Source: Candidatus Falkowbacteria bacterium RIFOXYC2_FULL_47_12
Lineage (GTDB): Bacteria; Patescibacteriota; Patescibacteriia; Patescibacteriales; XYC2-FULL-47-12
Reading direction: 5' to 3'
NCBI GenBank assembly: GCA_001778285.1
Contig: MFGL01000020.1
Span: 36,881 to 79,157, forward strand
Length of the DNA: 42,277 nucleotides
In this document: piece by piece, positions 35,533-42,277 of the stretch
Layout: each line of letters starts with the position of its first letter
How positions within the stretch are numbered: the stretch's first letter is position 1
Made by a program: the position numbers and the translations under genes
The notes under the pieces: generated by a model
The model's database searches: none
Told to the model about the DNA's origin: nothing
The model's input: the letters and a program-made list of their open reading frames with translations, nothing else

Positions 35533-36653
35533 ATTTTCTGATTTTTATTTTTTAAAGCTAATTCCCAAGATTTTTTATATAATGCGAACGTCTCTTCTTT
35601 GCTCGGCAATGTCTTAATAGCTTTACGCGCGCCTTCGCCCAACTTTTTACGCAAACCAGAATCTTCAATTATTTTTATCATTGCTTCTACCAACGCTTTT
35701 CGGTCGCCGACCGGAATCACTATTCCACTTTCTCCATTCTTAATCACTTCACCAGCTAAACCAACGTCAGTCATAATTATCGGCAAACCATGCGCCGCTG
35801 CTTCAACGACCGCCAATCCCCAACCTTCGTTATTTGATGTCAATAAAAGACAATCAGCTTGCTTATAAAATTTTTCTAAATCATTTTGCCAACCAAAAAA
35901 TTTAATTTGATTTTTAATTTTTAATTTCTGATTTTTGATTTCTAAATATTGACGTTCAACACCGTCCCCCACAATCCATAATTCCACCTGCAGAAATTTT
36001 TTCGTAATCTCCGCCAGCGCGTCAATTTGCATCGCAACGTTTTTCACCGGCACCAATCTGCCAACTGTTAGAAAAATAAACGTACTATTGTCATTGCGAG
36101 CGAACGAAGTGGGCGTGCCTGCCCGCCTCTGGAGGGGCAATCCCGTCTTTAATACAATGTCTATATAGATAGGGACTGTGGTAATCCTGTCTTCTTGAAC
36201 GCCAAAATCTCGCATCACCTCTCGCTTCAGCCGCTGGCTCACCACCCGCACCGCATTCGCTTTTTTCAAAACTCTTTTCGCCAGCAATTTTCTCACGCCG
36301 CTGAATTTTTCAAAACCGTGCACCTGCACCTCCAAGCCGAGATGAAATTTTTTGGCTAATTTCAGAGCCATCCAACCTATGAAGTACGTATCCTGCACGG
36401 TGATAATATCATATTTTTCAGAATTTAAAACCCTTGCGGCTTTTCTTTTTAATTTTAATAAATCAAAAAATTTGTTGCTTTTTTTTACCGACACAACCTT
36501 GACGTTGCCCGATAAATTAAATTCTCTGTTTTCGTCAGCCAAAACAAAAATCGTAAATTTATCAGCCAGCTGGCCATAATCAACCATCCGTTTGGCAACG
36601 GCTGCATTTGAATCTAATACATTTTTATCCAAACTGATGTTTAAAATTTTCAT
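35529..36653 (-). CDS. Glycosyltransferase family 4
   Basis: VGRLVPVKN, IVGDG, EGWGLAVVEA and MTDVG. Confidence 0.9.
   Translation of the reverse strand: MKILNISLDKNVLDSNAAVAKRMVDYGQLADKFTIFVLADENREFNLSGNVKVVSVKKSNKFFDLLKLKRKAARVLNSEKYDIITVQDTYFIGWMALKLAKKFHLGLEVQVHGFEKFSGVRKLLAKRVLKKANAVRVVSQRLKREVMRDFGVQEDRITTVPIYIDIVLKTGLPLQRRAGTPTSFARNDNSTFIFLTVGRLVPVKNVAMQIDALAEITKKFLQVELWIVGDGVERQYLEIKNQKLKIKNQIKFFGWQNDLEKFYKQADCLLLTSNNEGWGLAVVEAAAHGLPIIMTDVGLAGEVIKNGESGIVIPVGDRKALVEAMIKIIEDSGLRKKLGEGARKAIKTLPSKEETFALYKKSWELALKNKNQKI
35908..35942. repeat. Intragenic heptamer tandem repeat T(G/A)ATTT(T/C) x5
   Basis: tgatttt taatttt taatttc tgatttt tgatttc; encodes EIKNQKLKIKNQ. Confidence 0.75.
36089..36146. 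repeat. GC-rich REP/RPE-like element inserted in frame in a GT4 gene
   Basis: tgtcattgcgagcgaacgaagtgggcgtgcctgcccgcctctggaggggcaatccc in an AT-rich gene; translates as TGLPLQRRAGTPTSFARND in the interdomain linker. Confidence 0.6.
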
Positions 36654-38320
36654 TGCCGTAAAATAGTTATCAGCCCTTCAATCATTGCCGGCATACTGAA
36701 CTTCTCCAAATTCTTGCCGGCGTTGCGCCGCAACGTTTCCCGCAACATCTCATCACGCAACAGCGTCAGAATCGCTTGCTTCAATTGCGTGGCATCATTA
36801 TAGGCGACCAATAACCCGTTGACGTTATGTTCAATCAGCTCCGCGTTGCCGCCGACGTTCGTCGTCACGATCGGCGTTTGCAAAGACAATGCCTCCAAAA
36901 GCAAATGCGACAGCCCTTCGTAGCCGGTATTGAGCGCGAACACGTCTGCTGTTTTTATGTAGGCAAGAGTTTCAATGTGAGAGATTCTTCCTTTCAGTAC
37001 AACACTATTTTGTAATTCTAAATTCTTAATTCTAAATTCTAAATTACTACGTTCCGGTCCGTCCCCGATAATTTTTAATTTCAAATTTGGTTCATGTTGC
37101 AATAACAGGGGCATAATTTCAATCAGCATATCCATCCCCTTCCACGGCACTAAACGCCCGACTGAAACCAGCCATTTTTCACCTGGATTTTTAGGTTTCC
37201 GAAACCTGGTTGAGGTTTCGGAAACCTTGGGCGCAACCGCCGCCAAATCAACCGCGTTATAAATAATCGTGATTTTATCTTCAGCAATCCCCCATTGTTT
37301 TACAATTTTTTTTAAATACCAGCTCGGTACAATAATTTTATCCGCGTTTCGCGCCACTCGCCTCTCAATCTTTCGCTTGCGTTCCGTTGTAGAGTCAAAC
37401 GATTTATGTTGAAACTCATCCAAAGTAACAAAATTTTGTTTTGTTGTTTTTTTGTTTTGTTGTTTTTTTGATACGTTCATTTGTTCCCACGCGTAATCCC
37501 CCACTACTTTCAACATGTATTTTCGGCCGCGCAACCTGCACGCCCAGTATACCGGCAGACCCTCACTCACCGGCCCCTGCGCGTACACCACGTTCGCCCA
37601 ATTTAGGAGATTCAAAACTCTCCAAAAATATTTAAAGTAGCGCAATAGTTTGCTTTGTTTGCGACTTATCCGGACAATGCATTCTGAATTTTGCCTGCCT
37701 GCCGGTAGGCATGGCATTTTGCATTCTGCATTTGACAGATCGCTGTACGTAATAACCTTCACGTTAAAGCCGTGTTTCGGCAATTCTTCCTCCAAAGTTT
37801 TAACGTACGTCGCCGGCCCGCCAATGTCGGGCGGATAGATGCCGGTCGCAAGCAAAATATTTTTGCCGTGCTTGTTCTCGTGGCGAAACGTTACGGTTTT
37901 ATTGAGGATAAAATTCAGCAGAGCGAGTCCGCCCATAATCACAAACTGGGCCGCCATGTACCACAAGTGCAGGAAATCAACGGCAACATACAAAAGCAGT
38001 ATGTCCAATCCCAGATTCAGCAGCGCGAGTACCGTAAAAAAAACAAACTGCTTTCTGATGCGCTGCCAGGAATTTTCCCGAAACGTCCAGAATTTGTGCA
38101 ACAAAAAACTGGTCAAGAGAGAACAAACGAACGCAATCGCCCCTGAAAACAAATACCACAACCCGGCAATTTCGGTCAACACAAATAACAACCCCAGGTC
38201 AACCGCAGCCGCGGTGCCGCCGGAAATTATGTACTTGATGCCGATTTTGTACTTTTCTGCCAGCCGAGCAACGCTATCGGGCGCGACGCGTTTAAATAAT
38301 TTTTTAAAAAGTTGATACAT
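36650..38320 (-). CDS. Fusion: GtrA-like 4-TM domain + GT4 glycosyltransferase
   Basis: N-terminal KYIISGG..AAVDL...HKFWTF...NKTVTF (GtrA), then ILLATGIYPPDIGGPA, VGRLVPWKG and YEGLSHLLLEA. Confidence 0.88.
   Translation of the reverse strand: MYQLFKKLFKRVAPDSVARLAEKYKIGIKYIISGGTAAAVDLGLLFVLTEIAGLWYLFSGAIAFVCSLLTSFLLHKFWTFRENSWQRIRKQFVFFTVLALLNLGLDILLLYVAVDFLHLWYMAAQFVIMGGLALLNFILNKTVTFRHENKHGKNILLATGIYPPDIGGPATYVKTLEEELPKHGFNVKVITYSDLSNAECKMPCLPAGRQNSECIVRISRKQSKLLRYFKYFWRVLNLLNWANVVYAQGPVSEGLPVYWACRLRGRKYMLKVVGDYAWEQMNVSKKQQNKKTTKQNFVTLDEFQHKSFDSTTERKRKIERRVARNADKIIVPSWYLKKIVKQWGIAEDKITIIYNAVDLAAVAPKVSETSTRFRKPKNPGEKWLVSVGRLVPWKGMDMLIEIMPLLLQHEPNLKLKIIGDGPERSNLEFRIKNLELQNSVVLKGRISHIETLAYIKTADVFALNTGYEGLSHLLLEALSLQTPIVTTNVGGNAELIEHNVNGLLVAYNDATQLKQAILTLLRDEMLRETLRRNAGKNLEKFSMPAMIEGLITILRQ
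37014..37045. repeat. Intragenic heptamer tandem repeat AATTCT(A/T) x4.5
   Basis: aattcta aattctt aattcta aattcta aatt. Confidence 0.8.
37193..37227. repeat. REP-like palindrome, copy 1 (intragenic)
   Basis: AGGTTTCCGAAACCT-ggttg-AGGTTTCGGAAACCT, perfect 15-bp inverted repeat. Confidence 0.9.
37438..37469. repeat. Perfect 16-bp tandem duplication (intragenic)
   Basis: gttttgttgttttttt x2; encodes KKQQNKKTTKQ. Confidence 0.8.
37678..37733. repeat. TGCATTY heptamer array interrupted by a GC palindrome
   Basis: tgcattc tgaattt tg[cctgcctgccggtaggcatg]gcatttt gcattct gcattt; encodes NAECKMPCLPAGRQNSEC. Confidence 0.75.
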
Positions 38321-38334
38321 TTTTCTGACAGTAT

Positions 38335-39486
38335 TTATGAGAGTTTCATAAAAATATTTTTTATTTGTATGGCAATCGTATCCCAGTTATATTTTTCCCA
38401 AACCATTCGTTTGGCATTGTCGGTAACTTTTTTAACCTCGGCTTTATTTTTTTCATCCAAAATATATTTTACTTTTTCAGCAATACTTTCTGGGTTTTTA
38501 ACTTTGCAAAACCAGCCGGTTTTACCGTCTTCCAAAAAATCAGGAATGCCGCCAACCGGCGTCGCCACCACCGGCACGCCCGCGCTCATCGCTTCCAAAA
38601 AAGAATTTCCCAAGCCTTCGGAAAGCGACGGCCGGCAGAATACATCGGCAATCGCATAAAATTTTGGCAACTCCTCCGGCTTTACAAAACCAACAAAACT
38701 TATTTTATCTTCTAATTTCAAATTTTTTGTTTTAAATTTTAGACTTTTTAATTCAACGCCAGTCCCACAAATAATTAGTTTAATATCTAATATTTTTATC
38801 GCTTCAATCAAATCTTCAATGCCATTTTTTTTCACGAGCCGCGAAGTAGTTAAAATAATTTTTTCATCATCCTTAATCCTCAAATCTTTTTTGAAATTGA
38901 GTATTTGAGTTTTGATATTTGTTTGATATTTGATATTTGATATTTGATATTTTTGAAAATCAACGCCGTTTGGCGCCACTTCCACCGGACATGTCGCTTT
39001 CATCTCTCTCGCCCACTTCGCCAAATAATTTGAAATGCACTGAATATAGTCAGCGCGCGTAAAAATCTGCTTAAACCAATGCTTCACAAAAAAAACTTTG
39101 CGTTCTATTTGTTTCAAATCATCGCCCTCTTGCAGAGTCAGCAAGAATTTCACATTGGGATTTTTTTTCTTAAAAAACAACGCGGCAAAACCGGAAAAGC
39201 TTGCCATAATTGACCAAATAACGTCGTAGTGATTTTTCTGATGCAAATGCTGCGCCAGCCGCGCGGCGCGAAACGGAAAGAGTAATTTATCAATTCTGCC
39301 AATTCTCCAGCCAATTCTGTAAACCGTTACGTTGCCAATTTTTTCCTGCGGCAAATCTTTTGCACTCAAACGAACCGTAATCATGTCAAACTCAACATCA
39401 CGGATTCTCTCGGTGATTTCTTTTACCGCCACTTCAGCCCCGCCGACGTACGGAAAATATGCAGTGGAAAAAATTAATATTCTCAT
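38335..39486 (-). CDS. Glycosyltransferase family 4
   Basis: YFPYVGGAE, PNGVD, SRLVKKNG, SEGLGNSFLEAM and TPVGGIPD. Confidence 0.92.
   Translation of the reverse strand: MRILIFSTAYFPYVGGAEVAVKEITERIRDVEFDMITVRLSAKDLPQEKIGNVTVYRIGWRIGRIDKLLFPFRAARLAQHLHQKNHYDVIWSIMASFSGFAALFFKKKNPNVKFLLTLQEGDDLKQIERKVFFVKHWFKQIFTRADYIQCISNYLAKWAREMKATCPVEVAPNGVDFQKYQISNIKYQTNIKTQILNFKKDLRIKDDEKIILTTSRLVKKNGIEDLIEAIKILDIKLIICGTGVELKSLKFKTKNLKLEDKISFVGFVKPEELPKFYAIADVFCRPSLSEGLGNSFLEAMSAGVPVVATPVGGIPDFLEDGKTGWFCKVKNPESIAEKVKYILDEKNKAEVKKVTDNAKRMVWEKYNWDTIAIQIKNIFMKLS
38913..38951. repeat. Intragenic heptamer tandem repeat TGATATT
   Basis: Four perfect copies at 38924-38951 plus one at 38913-38919; encodes KYQISNIKYQTNIK. 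Confidence 0.85.
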
Positions 39487-39500
39487 GCAAAATTTTCACA

Positions 39501-39534
39501 AGGTTTCCGAAACCTTACGAGGTTTCGGAAACCT
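39501..39534. repeat. REP-like palindrome, copy 2 (intergenic)
   Basis: AGGTTTCCGAAACCT-tacg-AGGTTTCGGAAACCT; arms identical to 37193-37227. Confidence 0.9.
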
Positions 39535-39541
39535 ACTCTTG

Positions 39542-40474
39542 CTAATGTAACTTTTGCTTAAAATAATCAATGGTTCTTAATAAACCTTCTTTTAATTGAG
39601 TAGTCGGCTGCCAATGCAACTTTTCCTGTGCCAGAGAAATTTCGGGCTTTCGTTGTTTGGGGTCGTCTGTGGGCAACTGCTCATAAACAATTCGCGCCGT
39701 TGCGCCGGTAAGCTGAATAATTTTTGCCGCCAATTCTTTAATTGTAAACTCTGCAGGATTTCCCAAATTGACCGGCCCGACAAAATCACCGTCCTGATCC
39801 ATCATCGCAATCAAGCCGTCCACCAGGTCGTCAACGTAGCAAAAACTTCTGGTTTGTTCACCCCGGCCATATATGGTAATGTCTTGTCCGCGCAAGGCCT
39901 GCACGATAAAATTTGAGACCACGCGGCCGTCGTGTTCGGCCATGCGCGGCCCGTAGGTATTGAAAATCCGCACCACCCTGATGTCCACGCCGCACTCGCG
40001 GTGATAGTCAAAAAAGAGCGTTTCGGCGCAGCGCTTGCCCTCGTCGTAACACGCGCGAGGGCCTATCGGATTCACGTTACCGTTATAGGTTTCCGCCTGC
40101 GGGTGCACTTGCGGGTCGCCGTACACCTCCGACGTTGAGGCCTGCAGCACGCGGCACCGTCTTTTTTTTGCCAGTTCCAAAGCGCTTATGGCTCCCAGCA
40201 CGCTCGTGCGTACGGTTTTTACCGGGTCTTTTTGGTACCACACCGGCGCGGCCGGACAGGCCAAGTTGTAGATTTGGTCAACGGCAAACTCGTACGACCG
40301 TTCCACATCGTGCTCCACTAACGCAAAATTTTTATTATCAAACAGGTGCGCAATATTTTTTTTAGAACCGGTAAAAAGATTATCTAAACAAACCACTTCG
40401 TTATTTTGCGCTAAAAGCTTTTCGCACAAATGAGAACCGATGAAACCCGCCCCGCCGGTGACTAAAATTTTCAT
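39542..40474 (-). CDS. uxs: UDP-glucuronic acid decarboxylase (UDP-xylose synthase)
   Basis: [53 protein letters not shown] and DDPKQR. Confidence 0.92.
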   Translation of the reverse strand: MKILVTGGAGFIGSHLCEKLLAQNNEVVCLDNLFTGSKKNIAHLFDNKNFALVEHDVERSYEFAVDQIYNLACPAAPVWYQKDPVKTVRTSVLGAISALELAKKRRCRVLQASTSEVYGDPQVHPQAETYNGNVNPIGPRACYDEGKRCAETLFFDYHRECGVDIRVVRIFNTYGPRMAEHDGRVVSNFIVQALRGQDITIYGRGEQTRSFCYVDDLVDGLIAMMDQDGDFVGPVNLGNPAEFTIKELAAKIIQLTGATARIVYEQLPTDDPKQRKPEISLAQEKLHWQPTTQLKEGLLRTIDYFKQKLH

Positions 40475-40504
40475 ACTTATAGCATAATCCTAATCTGCGA
40501 ATTC

Positions 40505-40564
40505 ATCCGAATGCTCCGAATGGCTTCGTAGAAAAGTTTTCTAAGTCATCCGGAGCATTCGGAT
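40505..40564. repeat. Long intergenic hairpin
   Basis: Arms atccgaatgctccgaatggctt (40505-40526) / aagtcatccggagcattcggat (40543-40564) match 20/22 and enclose tagaaaa-g-ttttcta. An extra cattcggata copy follows. Confidence 0.8.
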
Positions 40565-40586
40565 AAAACATTCGGATAAATTAGAA

Positions 40587-41486
40587 TTATATCTTTAACT
40601 GTTTTTTATATTCGGGAATCCATCGGTCAAGTTCCATTTCCGGCTCCCAGCCCAATAATGTTTTAGCCAGCGAATTGTCACACAAGTTGCGGCGCGGCTC
40701 AAGACGCGGCGGGATGTTGACGGTTGGCCCGCCGATAAGAGCGGCGATTTGGTTGACACTGTACTCCGAAGACTGGCCGGCGTTGATGGCCCGGCCGTCG
40801 CTGATATCGCTTGCCGCCGCCAGCAGATTCGCCCTGACAATGTCTTTCACGTACGTATAGGTGCGCAATTGCTCCCCGTCGCCGACAATGGTGAGCGGCT
40901 TGCCCTGTTGGCGCAAATGGCCGAATATGCCGATAACTGATGCGTATGCTCCCTCCAAAACCATTCGGGGACCGTACACATTAAAGTAGCGCAGGCAGAC
41001 TGTCGGCAATTTGTAAACGCAGCTAAACAGGCGGCAGTACTCTTCGCCGATGTACTTTTGCAAACCGTACGGGCTAAGGGGATTGGCAGGCAAATCTTCG
41101 GTCAGAGGCATTTTTTTTTGGTCGCCGTACGCGGAAGACGAAGCGGCATAGATGACTTTTTTCACACCGGCGTCTTTGGCCGCTACCAGCACGTTCAGCG
41201 TGCCGTTGACATTCGTATCGTTATACGTTACCGGATCTTCAATGGAGGGTTGCACGCGCGCGAGCGCGGCTTCATGAAAAACGTAATCCACGCCGGCAAA
41301 GTGCGGCTTGATTTTCTCCAAATCCCGCAAGTCAGCTTCCACAAACGTTGCTTGCCCGTTCAGATTCTCTCTTTTTCCCGTTGATAAATTGTCCAAAATA
41401 ATTACCTCATCGCCACGTTCAATGAGCGCGTCAACCAAGTTTGAACCGATGAAGCCGGCGCCGCCGGTCACTAGAATTTTCGCCAT
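40587..41486 (-). CDS. NAD-dependent epimerase/dehydratase (extended SDR)
   Basis: [22 protein letters not shown] and LRYFNVYGPR. Confidence 0.92.
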   Translation of the reverse strand: MAKILVTGGAGFIGSNLVDALIERGDEVIILDNLSTGKRENLNGQATFVEADLRDLEKIKPHFAGVDYVFHEAALARVQPSIEDPVTYNDTNVNGTLNVLVAAKDAGVKKVIYAASSSAYGDQKKMPLTEDLPANPLSPYGLQKYIGEEYCRLFSCVYKLPTVCLRYFNVYGPRMVLEGAYASVIGIFGHLRQQGKPLTIVGDGEQLRTYTYVKDIVRANLLAAASDISDGRAINAGQSSEYSVNQIAALIGGPTVNIPPRLEPRRNLCDNSLAKTLLGWEPEMELDRWIPEYKKQLKI

Positions 41487-41495
41487 AAATATTCG

Positions 41496-42277
41496 TTATT
41501 TATTAATCACATCTTCTCCATACACTCCACGCAGTAAATCTAAATCTTTCTTACTCTTTATCAGCAGGTCAATGTTTTTATCCTGCGCGCCTTTCAAAAA
41601 TTGCACGCCTGCCGTATCACCGACGTGTTCCTCGTACAGTCTGGCCAGGGACGCGAAATCTTTGATAAAACAACCGCCGCCTGCGCCGCGTCCGCTTTTG
41701 TGTAAAGGCTTTGCGTACCGATTGCAGATATAGGGGTCTGCTTCCAGTGCCTGCTGAATGTGCGCCCAGTCAGCCCCGCGCGCCGCCGCCAAATCATAGA
41801 GCGCGTTAAAGAGCACAATTTGCACGTACCCGCTCATATTGTGCGAGTACTTTATCAGTTCCGCCTCGGTGCTTGAACAAATATGGCTAAACGGCGCGGA
41901 CGGCAATACCGCCAAAACTTCCCGCGCGGCAACGCGGTGCGCCTCGTCATCCACTGACAGCCCCATGATATTTGAGAATGGATGCGCCGCGTCATGAGCC
42001 GCCGTGGCTTCAGACAAAAACTCCGGCGCGTACAGAATGGTAATGTTTGGATTCTCTTTTTGAAAACGCTCGGTTGTGCCGGGAAGTATTGTTGACTTTA
42101 TCACGGCGATATGGCCATCGCCCACCAAGCTCAGCGCTTCAGCGACAATGCTTGAATCAAAACCCTTCGGCGTGGTCGGCGTTGGCACGGCGATAAGCAC
42201 GATATCGCAATCTTTTATTTTTTCTTTATTCTGCCGGTACGGTTCCTCAAGCGCGTAGCGCACCGTCTCATGGTCGC
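41496..42277 (-). CDS. UDP-glucose/GDP-mannose dehydrogenase family protein (5' end beyond the window)
   Basis: IAVPTP, IKSTILPGT, PEFLSE, EAELIKY and GAGGGCFIKD. The frame stays open to the right edge (DHETVRYALEE). Confidence 0.85.
   Translation of the reverse strand, partial: DHETVRYALEEPYRQNKEKIKDCDIVLIAVPTPTTPKGFDSSIVAEALSLVGDGHIAVIKSTILPGTTERFQKENPNITILYAPEFLSEATAAHDAAHPFSNIMGLSVDDEAHRVAAREVLAVLPSAPFSHICSSTEAELIKYSHNMSGYVQIVLFNALYDLAAARGADWAHIQQALEADPYICNRYAKPLHKSGRGAGGGCFIKDFASLARLYEEHVGDTAGVQFLKGAQDKNIDLLIKSKKDLDLLRGVYGEDVINK

Noticed and set aside
35529..39486. Pseudogenisation of the repeat-laden GT4 genes
   Set aside because: All frames are intact and the catalytic E-x7-E motifs are retained.
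1..42277. tRNA, rRNA, CRISPR, transposase, defence system
   Set aside because: Intergenic gaps are short and none showed such signatures on manual reading. A tRNAscan/Infernal run would be needed to exclude small RNAs.

Overview
The window is a large surface-glycan biosynthesis and modification locus. 33 of 34 supported genes lie on the minus strand, tightly packed or overlapping. The compact style, scarce Shine-Dalgarno sites and short intragenic palindromes and heptamer repeats suggest a Patescibacteria/CPR-type genome; this is inference, not demonstrated. In the direction of transcription (right to left) it contains: nucleotide-sugar enzymes (UDP-glucose dehydrogenase-like, an epimerase, UDP-GlcA decarboxylase, gmd, UDP-GlcNAc 2-epimerase); six GT4, two GT2, one other GT-B and one GT-C-like protein; an AsnB amidotransferase; six SAM methyltransferases; a Gfo/Idh/MocA, GNAT-DegT and hexapeptide acyltransferase block; a DegT aminotransferase; an MBOAT + SGNH acylation pair; and a divergently transcribed two-gene insert (DUF218-like + EamA-like). 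The most novel part is 3748-10610. A sigma70 promoter overlaid by phased 10-bp direct repeats precedes a Xis/BldC-type HTH gene. It is followed by a GT4, a Zn dehydrogenase, an APH/ThrB-type kinase, a CDP-alcohol phosphotransferase, an NTP-transferase fused to a 2-deoxy-scyllo-inosose-synthase-like sugar-phosphate cyclase, and a second NTP-transferase. This looks like an undescribed pathway making an NDP-activated (deoxy)cyclitol phosphate. Next come a YLDAGTGS micro-protein, a NoeA-like kinase-methyltransferase, an LtaS/sulfatase-like membrane enzyme and an ABC exporter. No rRNA, tRNA, CRISPR array or transposase was seen.
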